In this document: one piece after another, positions 39,639 to 53,170 of the stretch
How positions within the stretch are numbered: position 1 is the stretch's first letter
Layout: each line of letters opens with the position of its first letter
NCBI RefSeq assembly: GCF_964355755.1
Contig: NC_092671.1
Coordinates: 35,660,304-35,724,303, forward strand
Source: Antedon mediterranea
Lineage: Eukaryota > Animalia > Echinodermata
DNA: 64,000 nt
Direction of reading: 5' to 3'
The notes under the pieces: generated by a model
What the model saw: only the letters and a program-made list of their open reading frames with translations
Databases searched by the model: none
What the model was told of the DNA's origin: nothing
Program-made: the position numbers and the translations under genes

Positions 39639-40260
39639 AACTAGAAAGCCACTCCGAGAGTGCATACCTCCGCCTACTGTAAAATTCTCCTACATAAGAT
39701 TTCTCCGGTAAAAAATAATATATATATATATTTGTGTGTGTCTTAATGCTGTTTGCGATTTACGCTAATTTCACTACAAGCATGTATGCGAGTTTGGTGT
39801 AATGGTTATGTAACAAGCCTTTCAATTAACAATGTTCTTAAATAACAATAGAACAGCAACGCGAAAATCAAACGAGTGAATTTTAAAAGAAATAGGTTTT
39901 TTAAACTACTCGCATCAAAAAACGTGCACATTAAATCAAATTATGTTTTAAAATTACAAATCACAAATTATAACTCTTGCCTAATGAAGTTTTTTGGACA
40001 AGTAGTTCTTGAGAAAATGCAATTTCAGACTGCTCGCCAGCTTTTGAAAAATTCTGTCCTATCTTTTAATACTAGGTCTGAAAAGTATATTCAAAAAGTT
40101 GTCCAGAATTGGGACCATGGAATGGAATGGTCCTTGACCACATATCTATCTGTATATTCATTTTGATAAAGATCTTGTAATTACTTTTTGAGTAATCCTG
40201 CTAACAAACAAACAAACAAACACACGCTACCGATTACATATACCTCCTTGGCGGAGGTAA
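39639..40260 (-). mobile_element. Non-autonomous Helentron (HINE-like), copy 2
   Basis: Near-identical to 9562-10218. Confidence 0.8.
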
Positions 40261-40304
40261 ATAACTGTCCCCACCATTTTTCCCACAAAAAAGAGATTAC
40301 TGTT

Positions 40305-42700
40305 ATAATAATAATAATAATAATAATAAGCTTTATTTAATCACGGATACTTAACTCAACTAAAAGTTGTTTTTCAGTAAGACCGTGCTCAAAGGAAAAC
40401 ACCAACAATAATAAATGTAAAAAGCAGATATCAAATCAAATAATTAAACAATTACAGAAGCAAAAAACAAAAGCAGATAATAAAACAATTATAATGAAAT
40501 AAAATGAAACAAGGATACACTTACTAACTATAAAATTAAATAATACACTACATTTAAATAAAGCTACATGAAATTAGCAGTTAACAGTTTCTTAAAAAGA
40601 GAGACAGCGTTCACATTTTTAATATCTTCATGTAGCTCATTCCAAACCTTGGCACCTCTATATGATAAGCTACGTTTTTTGTAGTTTGTTTTTGGTTTTG
40701 GTACTATTAAATTTGGCTTAGTTCTAATATTATAGTAATTGTTTTTGATATTGAACTTATTTAATAAATATGGAGGTGCAAGGTTGTTCATAATCTTAAA
40801 CATAACAATAGCTTCATTTATATATAATCTTTCATCTAAGTTCATCCAATTTAGACTTTGTAGAGCTTGAGTACTAGAGTCGGTTTGAGATTTGTTTGTA
40901 ATAACTTTTGCTGCGCGATTTTGAAGAACTTGTAGTGTTTTACTTTGAGTTATATTTGAACGTCCCCAAACAACATGGCAATACTCAAGATGAGGAGCCA
41001 TAAGTGATTTGTATAGTTTGCAGTGAATTTCTTTTGGGAATATATTATTAGTCTTTTTTAAGTAGTACAAACTCTGCAAAGCCTTAGATTTTACATTATC
41101 GATTTGTGAGCACCAACAAAGATTATTATCTAATATCACACCAAGGTGTTTACATTTATTTACACGAGAGATTGGTTCTCCATCTATGTTAATGTTGACT
41201 TGTAAGTCAGATAGTTTACTTAACCTCTGTCTCGTTCCAATTAACATAAATTCAGTTTTTTTAACATTTAGGCTAAGTTTGTTGCATATGAGCCATCTTT
41301 TAAGACAAAATAAGTCAGAATTTATTGTTTCAGTAAGGTTATTAATATTATTGGAAGTGTAGTATATGGCAGTGTCATCAGCATACATAGAAACAGAGCA
41401 TTTATTTACAGCATTAGGCAAGTCATTAACATAAAGGAGAAACATTAATGGTCCTAGGATGGACCCCTGAGGAATTCCACATACTGTGACTTTCATCAGA
41501 AAAATCACCATTTACATTGGTTATATGTACACGATTATGCAGGTAGTTTTCAAACCACTGAATAACATTTGAATGAAAATTGAAAGATCTTAGTTTATTG
41601 ATAAGAATACTGTGATTTACTGTATCAAAAGCCCTTTTCAAGTCTATCATTACTAACCCAATATAATTTCCAGTGTCAATATATGGCTTCTAGCCAGGTC
41701 TCTGTGATATTAAGCAATGCAGTCGTAGTTGAGTAGCCTGGTCTAAACCCAGACTGATTTTCATATAGCATTTTGTTTAGATTTAGGAAATCATAAACTT
41801 GTTCAAATACAACTTTTTCAAGAACTTTAGATAATATTGGGAGAATTGAAATTGGCCTATAGTTATTACATTCATTTTTATTTCCACCTTTATGAAGAGG
41901 GCAGATCTTGGCCCTTTTCCATTGTTTTGGAAAAGTTACATTTTTTAAAGATAAATTAATTATATATGTTATTGGGTAAACAATTTCATCGATAGCGATT
42001 TTTAGAAGATTAGCTGGTATTTCATCAGTTCCAGTTGCTTTTTTTGATGAAAGTGAGTTAAGAAGTTTATGTATGTCTTGTTTATTAACATATTTAAAAG
42101 TTAATTTGTCGTTAGTATTATTTACATCATTAGTAAAGTTAGAGAGTTGATTAGTAGATTGAATACTTTGAGCTAATGTTTGACCCCCATTGGCAAAATA
42201 CTTATTTAATACATTTGCAATATCTTTAGAATTAGTTACTTCATCATTTTCTTCATCATTTGTGGTTTTAATACTTGTTATATTCATGCTTTTAGTTTTG
42301 CCAGGAATAATTAATTTAATATTTTCCCATATCTTTTTCTGATCTTTAGTATTGAGTTGTTCAGAAAAATAGTTCTTCTTACTTTTTCGAAGTTCATAAT
42401 TTACTTGATTTCTTAATTTTCTAAATTCGAGCCAAAGCTGAGGCCTATTTTTCTTATTTATTCGTCTTTTTAATGCATCTCGTTTTCTGATGAGAAGTAT
42501 TACATTTTTAGTTAGCCACGGACTGTTTTTTTGGCGAACTCTTTTACATTTAATGGGTGCATTTTTATTTGCAATATTAAGAAAGGTTTTTTGAAAGAAA
42601 TCAACAGCATCATCAACATCAGTATAATTCTTAATTTCAGCCCAATTTGTATTAAGTAAGTCAGTTTTAAATTTATTTTCATCAAAATGTTTATGTTCCT
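40305..42700 (-). mobile_element. 5'-truncated, frameshifted CR1/L2-group LINE (RT pseudogene)
   Basis: NYRPISILPILSKVLEK, DLKRAFDTVNH, GIPQGSILGPLMFLLYVND and YADD split over three ORFs; homology continues to ~42700; 3' hairpin, AATAAA and (TTA)n tail. Confidence 0.93.
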
Positions 42701-43329
42701 ATTTGTTAACTAAGAGTTTTCCTGTAAAATCTTAAAAACTGTGTATAAATTATACAAAATACCAATATGAATAAATTAACCAGTTCATAATGATATTGTA
42801 ATGCGTAGGTATAATAATATATATGGTAATTAGTGATAAAAGTGTTCTTGAACACTAGTCATCGTTTTGTGCATCTTAGACGTGGCCTGTGTTTAATAAG
42901 ATTGATTTCTCTCTAAATGTTTGCCATCCATTGATAAGTGATAAATGTGTTTTAAATATTGTGTTATTTTCTTCTTAACAGTAATAATGAAAATGATAAA
43001 AAAGCTTCTTCAAACTATGAATGTGATTTATATATATAAATATATATACAAAAGCTTTTTAGATTGGTTAGTGCTTATTTTTCTAATTAACTGCTACCCT
43101 AATACTGTGTATTTGAACTTTACCTCTACATAAACAAAGATGTAAATCAACGATTCCTCCTGTAGTATAATCATGTTGATGTTTACAGGTACTGGTTACA
43201 CTTTAAATTATGTTTCTGTTGATTTGTAGTTTGGTATTCCCTTTGAAATAGGCTTTTAACATGCATACTGTATAAATTATTCTTAGAGTTGATGTAAAGT
43301 TTACAGTTTGGAATTCCTGCCGATTATTA

Positions 43330-43545
43330 TTATTATTTTTTTTTTTTTTTAATTAACCATATTTAATGAAGGTGATCCATCCAGCTATTGCTGATCATTA
43401 GGGACCCTCAGAGGTTCACAAGACAAACATATACACAAGATGCTCTACATAAACAAAGTCTTATTACAAGTCTTTGGGAGTGGAGAATTTGGTCCTTAGA
43501 AAAAATCCTGACATGTGACAGGACTTTAACCCAGGACCCTTGGGT
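43330..43545 (-). mobile_element. Probable SINE fragment (B-box-like head, L2-type tail, poly-A)
   Basis: Minus strand GGTCCTGGGTTAAAGTCC ... TGAGGGTCCCTAATGATCAGCAATAGCTGG...ATTAAATAT + A-run. Confidence 0.45.
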
Positions 43546-43629
43546 ACAAAAAATATTAGCAATGCATGATAAATTTTTATACATTTATTACCAATTTTAG
43601 AAACCAAATGATTGATTTTTAAAAAAAAT

Positions 43630-43900
43630 TCATTTATTGGTCCAAAAGGAAATTCGTTTCGTTGACAAATAATTAATTATAAATATATAAAAAGTCATGA
43701 ATACAAAAATACAAGATTTTATCAAAATACGAATAAACATTACATTTATAAACGTTTTAGTTTTCTTAAGAAATATAGCCTTTGATTTGCTTTTTTGAAC
43801 ACAGTATTTATTTGAGTATTAAATTTGAGACCTTTTGTCAATAGTAGTTCCTAAGTATTTTTGTTTGTCTACTTGATCTATTTCTACACCGTTAATAATT
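43630..43900 (-). mobile_element. LINE RT C-terminal fragment (Rex1/CR1-like)
   Basis: Minus strand reads INGVEIDQVDKQKYLGTTID...KANQRLYFLRKLKRL across frameshifts. Confidence 0.6.
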
Positions 43901-44499
43901 CAAGAAAAATTTGTGTTTAATACGCAGGGGGTTATTAAGGACAGTTTGGAATTTATTCAATCATAGGTTTTAATAATTAATTACAGTATAACTTTGTGAT
44001 GGCTTTGTCTTACAGTATATATTGATCATGTTTGATTTTTTTGTTAATGACATTTTACTAACAAATGTACTCTGTTCTTAGTTTCTATTTTTATTATTTA
44101 TATTTTTTTTACTTTGTAGTTTAAAAAAAAACCTATTATCAATTGGGTGATCTCTACAATAACTGAAAATAACAGTTTTATTAAGTACCTCTGTTGAATA
44201 TAGAATTTAAGATATTTACCGGTATTCTTTGTTATGGATCTTTGTATTACAATCAGGAAATATCCAGACCATTCTCAATCAACTTGTTACAAAACACCTG
44301 ATATTGAACTGATGGTTAATGATTTTACAATTCTTGGTTATAGACTGAATGTTTGTTAGAGGGCTCTGTTTGTTAGAGGGCTCTGTTTGTAAATGCAATG
44401 TGACACTGATTTAATATTTTAAAATTCAACCGATATGGAATATACAATATACAAAAATTGAATCATCTTTAGGTCACAATTATGTTTCATATGCAGCAG

Positions 44500-44990
44500 G
44501 TTTTAAAGTTACGCTTCAATTCAAATCTAATGTAATGGTTACTGGGAAACGTGTCAATCGTGATAAAAAATGGAAAATTGGAGATGAATTAATAACTGAG
44601 GTAAACAATTATAAATATCTAGGTGTAATAATTTGTGCAAATCAAAAAGAGCAAGTCACTACCAACATGTTATACAAAAAGGAAATCGTTTAATCGCATA
44701 TATTAAAAGTATAATAGGAAATCTTGATGATTTCAATAGGGTCTATTTCGGGAATATCCTATGGAAAACAATTGCACTTCCCTCAATTAACTATGCATGT
44801 GGTGTATGGCACTGTAATTCAAAAAGCGATATTTACAATTTAGAAAAATTACAGCTACAAATGGCCAGATTCCTGCTAAAAACCCTTAAGGAACGAAGAA
44901 CCGAATTATGTATTAAGTTTGGTACTTCTTTACTTAATTCTGAATTTAAAGAATGGTTACCACCTCTAAGAAAGAGAAGAAACCCATAAG
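44500..44990 (+). mobile_element. Decayed LINE ORF2 C-terminal fragment(s)
   Basis: KSNVMV...WKIGDELITEVNNYKYLGVI, ALPSINYACGVW, LEKLQ, TLKERR. Confidence 0.7.
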
Positions 44991-45343
44991 TACAATTTAA
45001 GGAATAGGAAACACCATACGATCCCGATTGACTATTTCATATGAGGTGAAATATGTATTGTTCTAAAGTATACTGTTATCCAATTAATCCACTGCTTCCA
45101 CAATGTCACTATTTCTAAAAAAAGGTTTGTTTTCAAGTTTTAATTTTTGAATGGAAACATAAAAGCTAGAAACATTTTGGAAAATAAGCAATTTTTAGTG
45201 TTGACGCTACCTATGTATTAGTAATACGGCAGCACTAAACAGAATTGTTTTATGTTTAATTATTGTTATATTTAGTTTTTTATTTTATTATATTATTGTT
45301 AACTTTTACCTAATGTTTAAATTATCTATGATACCTATAATTA

Positions 45344-48300
45344 ATGTGCCAATCCAACCCTACAACTGATGTGAAATTTAACCCTTTTGTGGCATACGAG
45401 AACATGAATATTAACAAAAATGTTGATCCACACTCTCAATTTTATGTTAGTTTAAATGAATCTAATTATTTTGATCCAAAAACATTCTCAGAGAATTTCT
45501 CTAAGCATAACAATAATAACAATATTTTGTCTACTATCCATTTTAATACACGTAGTCTCTTGGGCAAGATGGATTCTTTAAAACGTTTTCTTCTTACTCT
45601 TGAATTTTACTTTGATGTTATTGCTATTACTGAATCTTGGCTACGTATGACAATAATCCCCTAACAGATATGCCGGGTTATAATATTTTTTCTAGAAATA
45701 GGAAATCTAAGGCGGGTGGTGGCGTAGCCCTGTACGTACGAAACAATGTATCAGTTACTGTCCGTAATGATTTAACAACAGATGAATCAATATTTATTGA
45801 AATAGAACAGATACATGGGAAAAATATCATCGTGGGAACAATCTATCGTGCTCCGTCTTTGAATATCAATGCATTCAATGATATCCTAGATAACCTACTT
45901 CATACTCTTTCAACTGAAAATAAGCTGGTATATCTGTTGGGTGATTTCAATATAGATATTTTGCAATATACTTATGAAACCACAACTAACAATTTTGTAA
46001 ACACTCTTTTTAGCAACTTTTATTTACCGCTAATACTTAGACCTACTAGGATAACATCAAATAGTGCTACTCTTATTGATAACATATTAACCAACCAGCC
46101 TGATTTACACCTCGCTAGTGGTCAGCTCTATTGCGATATTTCCGATCACCTACCTGTTTTTTCTATATCTACCTTAACATACAAAAATACTCAAGCAGTC
46201 AGTAGACCTCCAAATAAACCTTTTAGGAAAATTAATGAAAATAACATCGAACAATTTAAACGAGAGCTTAGCGTAATAACATGGAACGATGTGAACTTAT
46301 TGCAAGAACCTAATCAAGCTTATAATACTTTTGAAACTAAATTAAAACTTTTATATAATAAACATTTTCCAATGACTACGCAAAGTAATAAAAACACAAA
46401 ATTAAAACCTTGGATGTCAAATGGTTTGTTGCAATCTACTAAATATAAACACAAGTTATATGCTAAATACCTAAATAATCCTACCAATCATAATAAAATA
46501 AAATACACTAAATTCCGTAATACCTTAAATTCACTTATTAGACGTGTTAAAACCGAATACTATCAAAACAGATTTACTCAATGTCAACATGATATTAAAG
46601 GTACATGGCGCGTAATTAACTCCTTGATTAAAAGGTCTCCGAATTTGAATACGAAAGTTGTTCTAACAGGCAATAATGGTGAATCCATTGAAGACCCGTC
46701 TCAAATCGCAAATGAATTCAATAAGTTTTTTGTCGAAATTGGACCAACTCTTTCAAAAAAATTGCCAACCGATCAATCTGATTTTAAAACGTATTTGCCC
46801 TTACCTACTTTAAACTCTTTATTTATGTGTCCAGTGTCTGATACAGAAATTATAGATATTGTCAAGTGTTTTAAAACTAATAAAGCGCAAGGACTTGATG
46901 AATTCAGTCCAAAAGTTATTAAACAATCAATTTCCCTTTTGGTTAAACCTCTATGTCACATATTTAATCTGTCTTTAACAAAAGGAGTTTTTCCAAATAA
47001 ATTGAAATTGGCAAGAGTTACTCCCATCTTTAAAGCAGGAAAAAAGGACACTTTATCTAATTACCGACCGATCTCAGTCCTTTCACTATTTTCTAAAATA
47101 TTAGAAAGAATTATCTATAATAGAACCTATGCCTTTATGAAAAAAAATAATATTCTATTCAATAAGCAATTTGGATTTCGCAAACATTTTGATACCGCAA
47201 TGGCCTTAATTGATTTGTCCAATGAAATAATAGATGCATTTGAAAATGATGAGTTTGCAATTGGTGTTTTTGTCGATCTATCGAAAGCATTCGATACCAT
47301 TAACCATCCCATTCTTCTTTCAAAACTGTATCACTATGGTATTCGCGGTGTTCCTCTCAATTTATTTAAGAGCTATTTATCCAACCGCTACCAATGTACC
47401 AAGTTTTGTGATTCCCAATCTGACTATTTGCCTATTACCTGTGGAGTACCACAAGGTTCATTACTAGGTCCTCTTCTGTTTCTTTTATATGTGAATGATA
47501 TTTACAATTCGTCAGTATCTTTATCTTACTTTTTATATGCAGATGACACAACACTAATCTGTAAAAATCGACACTTAGAGTCGTTATTTAACACTGTAAA
47601 TTCAAGTTTAATTAATGTATCCGAATGGTTTCTGGCAAACAGCCTTTCTGTAAATCTAAAAAAGTGCAGCTATGTTTTGTTTAGAAGTAGTACGATGCCG
47701 ATTAAATTAGGTCCATTGCAAATTAAACTAAATGGTTCTGTTCTCCCCATGGTCAATCATGCTAAATTTTTGGGTGTATCCATTGATAGTCGTCTGACAT
47801 GGAAACCCCATGTTATTGAGACAGAAAACAAAATCTCAAAAAATATTGGTATAATTTGTAGACTGGCATCTTTTCTTCCACATCATATTCTCCGAACACT
47901 CTACTGCTCCCTTGTTTTGCCATATCTTTTATATTGCAATATCGTTTGGTGTAACACATTCCCATCTAATTTAAATAAACTTCAAATACTACAAAAGAAA
48001 ATTATTTGAATAATTTCGAATGTTTCACCTAGAACTAGTACAGATCCTTTATTTCGTTCTCTCAAATTATTAAAATTAACAGATATTAATATTTTCCAAC
48101 AATGTTTATTTATTTACAAAAGCCAAAATGCTCTTCTTCCATCTCATTTACGCGATATGTTTTCTCCCAATTATGAATTTCACGGCTATTCCACAAGAAT
48201 CCTCAATAACCTTCATATTCCTAAACACAAAAAGACTTCTTTTCAACATAATATTAGATTTACTGGACCCAAGATATGGAACTCACTTCCTAACAAAATT

Positions 48301-48700
48301 ACAACTTCTGCAAACAAACATAGCTTCGTCTTTAACACTAAACAATATCTAATACAAAAGTAAATTAATTAACTAGTTATATTCTAGGTATCAGTTTTTA
48401 TTGTTTTCATATTCCGTTATGGTAATTACTTTATTCCTATATACCATTTACTATTATTTACTAATTTGATTTTAGTTACTTTTTGTTTTGTTCAGGCACT
48501 TTCAACACAAGCTTTTGCTTTTTAGAAATTGTGCCTCCTTCATAATATTGTTTTATTCATTTTAAAGATGAGAAAAAAAAAAAAAAAAAAAATTGTATTG
48601 TTTTAACTATCTTTCTTCTCGTCATGAATTTTGTATTATATTATTCATTTTGTATATTATGAAGAAAATAAATGTTACTATGAAATGAAATGAAATGAAA
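45344..48700 (+). mobile_element. CR1-group (Crack/Daphne-like) LINE with nearly complete ORF2 (APE endonuclease + RT)
   Basis: EN motifs HFNTRSL, ITESW, GGGVALYV, LGDFNID, IDNIL, SDHLPV; RT motifs DLSKAFDT, GVPQGSLLGP, YADD; one frameshift near 45645 and one in-frame TGA at 48007-48009; ORF ends 48363; AATAAA and (TGAAA)n tail. Confidence 0.95.
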
Positions 48701-49750
48701 TATAATCCTACATTTACTTAATGTCACTATTTATAAAAAAAAAATTTGTCAAGCTCGAAATTTTGAATCGAAGCAGTAGGTAGAAAACATTTTTAAAATA
48801 AGAATTTTTTTTAGTGCTGTGGACCAATACAATTACAAAATGTAAAGTTGTAGATATTGTATTCAAATACAGAGATGTCCTATCAAATATGGTGACATAA
48901 AGTGCTTTCAATGAATAATGTTAAAATGTTCTACCAATCAAGTTTTATGTGCATTTTTTTTTGGAAATAAATGTTTACAAAAGTAGTTGTACTAAAGAGG
49001 GCGACATTCATTTGAAAAATAACCTTTTCCAGATTATCATTATTGAATTCATAACAACATGTTTTCAAACATACTTTGTTTTCAACCAGTTTTATGTTGG
49101 ATTTCAAACATTGTAACTTAATTTAAGTAAGTTACATTCCAGGATCAGTTTTAAGTTTAATTTGAAATGTTGAGCCAATTCTAGAAACATGAACTAATTG
49201 TGTAAAATAAAATATTTAACTGGTTCACAATTTTTATTTTTATGTTAGGCCTTACTAATAAAAACCGTCCGTTTATAATAGCTTGCTGATAGACTTTGAA
49301 GTTTACAACATTTAACTACTAGTTTTATAGCTTTTACAAAATAGAATCTGTCATCTATAAATAAAGCAGTTTCAGAAAGTTATGTAGCCTACAGCTTTCC
49401 AACGACAAGAACTCATGCTTTACAGAGTTCTCAACTTGCTAAAATTAATTTCACCAGTAGTCTTGTTAAAACATTTCCGTAGTAAATAACAGAACTTTTT
49501 ACGCATCACGTCACATGATGCTGAGAATGTGCAGAATAATTTTCTAACTTGACAGTGTATTGGAGGAGGATGAATGAAGCAGAAGATGGGATAATTATTT
49601 TCAAAAAATTAACTACAATACAATTATTAGGTACCATATCCAGCTACGAAAAGTTAAATATTTTAAAAAAGCAAAAATTAAATGATAATATTCATTTCAT
49701 TTATAATCTTAGTAAATCTATAATTTAAATTTTTTTTTTTTTTTTTTTAG

Positions 49751-49823
49751 TGGAGCATCCAACCTAGAAGAACTTCATAACAAACTCAAGTCAACCGTTT
49801 TGATCCGAAGAGAGAAAAAAAAT
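49751..49823 (+). CDS. ZRANB3: ZRANB3-like exon (not in the ORF track)
   Basis: poly-T-ag acceptor (phase 2, AG+T=Ser), AAT|gtaagt donor; GASNLEELHNKLKSTVLIRREKKN. Confidence 0.92.
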
Positions 49824-52189
49824 GTAAGTTTTTCCTTGTGTGTATGTTTTGATGTTCTCAATAGAGTATCTTCTCAGAAGTCTCAATAAATGTCACAATA
49901 TGGAACCTGATTTTGTTACCATGTTGTGCATAAAACTGATTGAATTCAGATATTTTGTTGGTCAGCATTATTAACATAGTTTTAAGTAATAATTTTCATT
50001 CTGTCTTGAAGGTATTATATAAAGATATATGATACGCTGTCAACAAAAAATCAATAAATCTATCATGACAAATTATTATGTCATAGCCATTCACCAGTCA
50101 ATATGTATTATAGTTTATTAAATACATTTGTTTTTCATATTACCAATATCAAACAATTTTAAAGATTGAAATCTGCTACCCAATACTATACTAGGATGAC
50201 TATTAAAACTGAAAATTTATCTCTTCAATATTCTTTGACGATACGATGTAGCACGATGTGTCATATTATATTTGCTAACACGTGTCGCTATCACGTGTCT
50301 ATATAATAAGGCCACCGCTAAGTCATTCAGATTCTCGATATCTTGACAAGAGCTAATAAATGATTTAGTATCAAGTCCAGTCTCAATCACTATGACACAT
50401 TAACATGTCACAAAGGTGTTAATCTCAGCTTCTTCTAAGCAAATTCTTTAATTAAGCAAACACATATTCATGCTACCAGGGTGTATAAGTGTATTAGGAT
50501 ATAATTTACTACATGTAGAGTATTAACACTTTGTTCTCCAGTGACATAAATCGAAAGATGATGTGTGCTTGGCATTACAAAATTAATTGATACGTTGACA
50601 CCATTTTTGTGTCGCACAAAATCTTGGGTAGAGTTTATAGCTTGGCATAAAGATACAAGTTCCAGTAATGCGGTTTCATGTGTGAAAAGAGGTGTGATGT
50701 GTTTTAATGATAATACACACCAAAAAATAGTCTCTCTCTTTAATTAAAAATTTTTCTTCCAATTTTTACAGACCAGTTTTATGTTACACTTTATTCAAAA
50801 CAATTCTCCTACCGTTGAATTTCCGTCGCACAAAGCGATTGAAATGTGAATATCAATTAACGTGAATAAATCTGCCTGGTTGAAAACTGACTTAAATGGG
50901 TTATGCGTTTATAAACCCTGCGATGGAAGATTGCACAAATGAACATTATTTTGTTGTCGTTTCTTTGTGTATCATTTCCCAGTTTCTAAGTGAATTTGCT
51001 AGTTTATGTAAAACTATGTTCTATAAATACATTGTCCGTAGGGAAATATAGAAGTACCTATTGTAATACCTATCCATTAAGTATTCCTATATATAGAAAT
51101 TACCGTCATAATAACAAATCTGAAGATAGCTTGCAACCAATCAATCCCTTTTGTAAACTAGAAATATTGTGCCTTTTAAGACTGATTTCAGATTTTCAAA
51201 ATTAGATTAATGTACTATTCAACATTCATGTACTATGTAGATGTAGGGCAACCCTTTTAATATAAAAGTCAATGCATGCATTTTCTCCCCAGTAAAGTGG
51301 ATATCAAGAGCAATTTTTTATTAATATTTTGTGATAATCTAGGCCATTTTTGCATTTAACACTAAAGTCAATGAGGTTAAGTATGTAGGATAGTATTAAT
51401 ATACAGTGTATTAAATATATTTTGCAAATGTTAGACTTTTCTATACTGTAGCTGCAGGCTTGATATTATAGAAACATTAAAACACAAATGTATTAAATTA
51501 CCGGTTGCACAGTAATTTCATATGTATCGCATTGACTTCTAATGTCTAGTTTATTGTACAGTTACATTTTCTGAATGTTATTTGGAACAAGGTAGCATAT
51601 TCCATATTTGCAATACTGTATGTAAACATTCATTCATATTTTCAGTTCTTCTCTGTTTTTATGAAAAGGAAGAATCAATCTCCTGAAAAAAAAAAATCAA
51701 ATTTTATTTCTACTTGTGTATTTGTGTCTATGATGATTTGTTGGTAGTTGGCTATAACAAAAAGTGGCAAAGTTAGATAACAGGCTATTTCTGTTGTCAA
51801 ATGACTTTAGCGAACTAATTGCCTGATGGATATTTAACATTAGGTTAGACATTTAAAATTGCCTGATGGATATTTAACATTAGGTTAGACATTCCAAAGG
51901 TTAATTATAAGCAAGTTGTACAATGTGCCATCGGCCTACTAAGTAAATGTTGTTAATGCCGTACTTGATTGTCTATTTACTGTTTTTTAAAGTACCTATT
52001 ACATCATTTACTTACATTATACTACATGTTATAGCATGACTACATGTTTACACATACCCTTGTTCTGTAGGTCAATATTTCTATACTCTACTGTGTCATA
52101 GGTCATAGGTCATATGCACTCATCCTTTTCTTTTTTTTTTCAAATGCATGCCCTTTCTGCATGAGATTTCTGATGAATTCATGATCTTA

Positions 52190-52378
52190 AGATCTGTCTA
52201 CACTATTTGACAAAAACATGTGATATGCCCAAATATGGACATTATGTCATACCACTACCATATTTGGGCATATCACTACCATATTTGGGCACATCACTAC
52301 CATATTTGGGCATATAACTACCATTTTGGGCACATCACACTTTTTTTGTCAAACTAGTTTCATCGTGTAGACAGAGCT
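52190..52378. mobile_element. Harbinger-like MITE family H1 copy with expanded 21-bp internal repeats
   Basis: TTA|AGATCTGTCTACAC ... GTGTAGACAGAGCT|TTA; CACTACCATATTTGGGCA x4. Confidence 0.85.
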
Positions 52379-53079
52379 TTAAGCAAGATCTTCCAACCCT
52401 GTAATATCCAGTTGTTTCTTTTTAGCATTTCTAGTGCGAATTCCTAGTAGGGCAGATTGGATCGGCAGTTCTAGTAATTATTATTAAAATGTCTTTAGTT
52501 TTACAATAACCAAATAAACCTTTGTTTGAACTTCAACTATAAATTTCTGATTTATGAGTTTTATAATTAAATCATATATTTGCCATTGCAACATGCCCTG
52601 TTAAAATTAATATTTCTGATGATAGTTATGCCTAATACTAATAGTATATATTACTATATATCATACAAAAACAAGCATGTATTACAGAAATGCTACTGGC
52701 GACTATGGCAATGGTACATTAAATACAAAATACTCCACACGTGACTAGATCGTAAATTGATGCTATGTATCAATATCTGTCGTTAAAATAGCCTTTCACC
52801 TACTATGTAGTACAATGTATGCACCATCAGGTTTTATATCATGCTACACTCGTTAAAGTTTGCACACCATTACCTTTACTATTTTTCTTTTTGACACGAT
52901 GAAGTAGAAGACCTCGAAATGTTTGAATGTGATGCTTTTAAATGTAAAACTATGTCAAACAAAAATATGTTAATTAATACCTTTTTTTTTCTTTTTTTTC
53001 ATAATTTGAACAAACAAAATGAATAGTGTTTTCTTTTTGCTGATTTGTTTTATTCTATTCAGTCAAACCACACCATTGG

Positions 53080-53170
53080 TTTTTGTTGCATGCAACGCGA
53101 CTCTACAGCTCACTATGTCGGTCGGTCGTTGGTCTAACTTGAGCACACGACTGCAGCCATGTATATATGG
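53080..53170 (+). mobile_element. Short DINE-1/HINE-like element, copy 2
   Basis: Reverse complement of 22620-22743. Confidence 0.65.
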
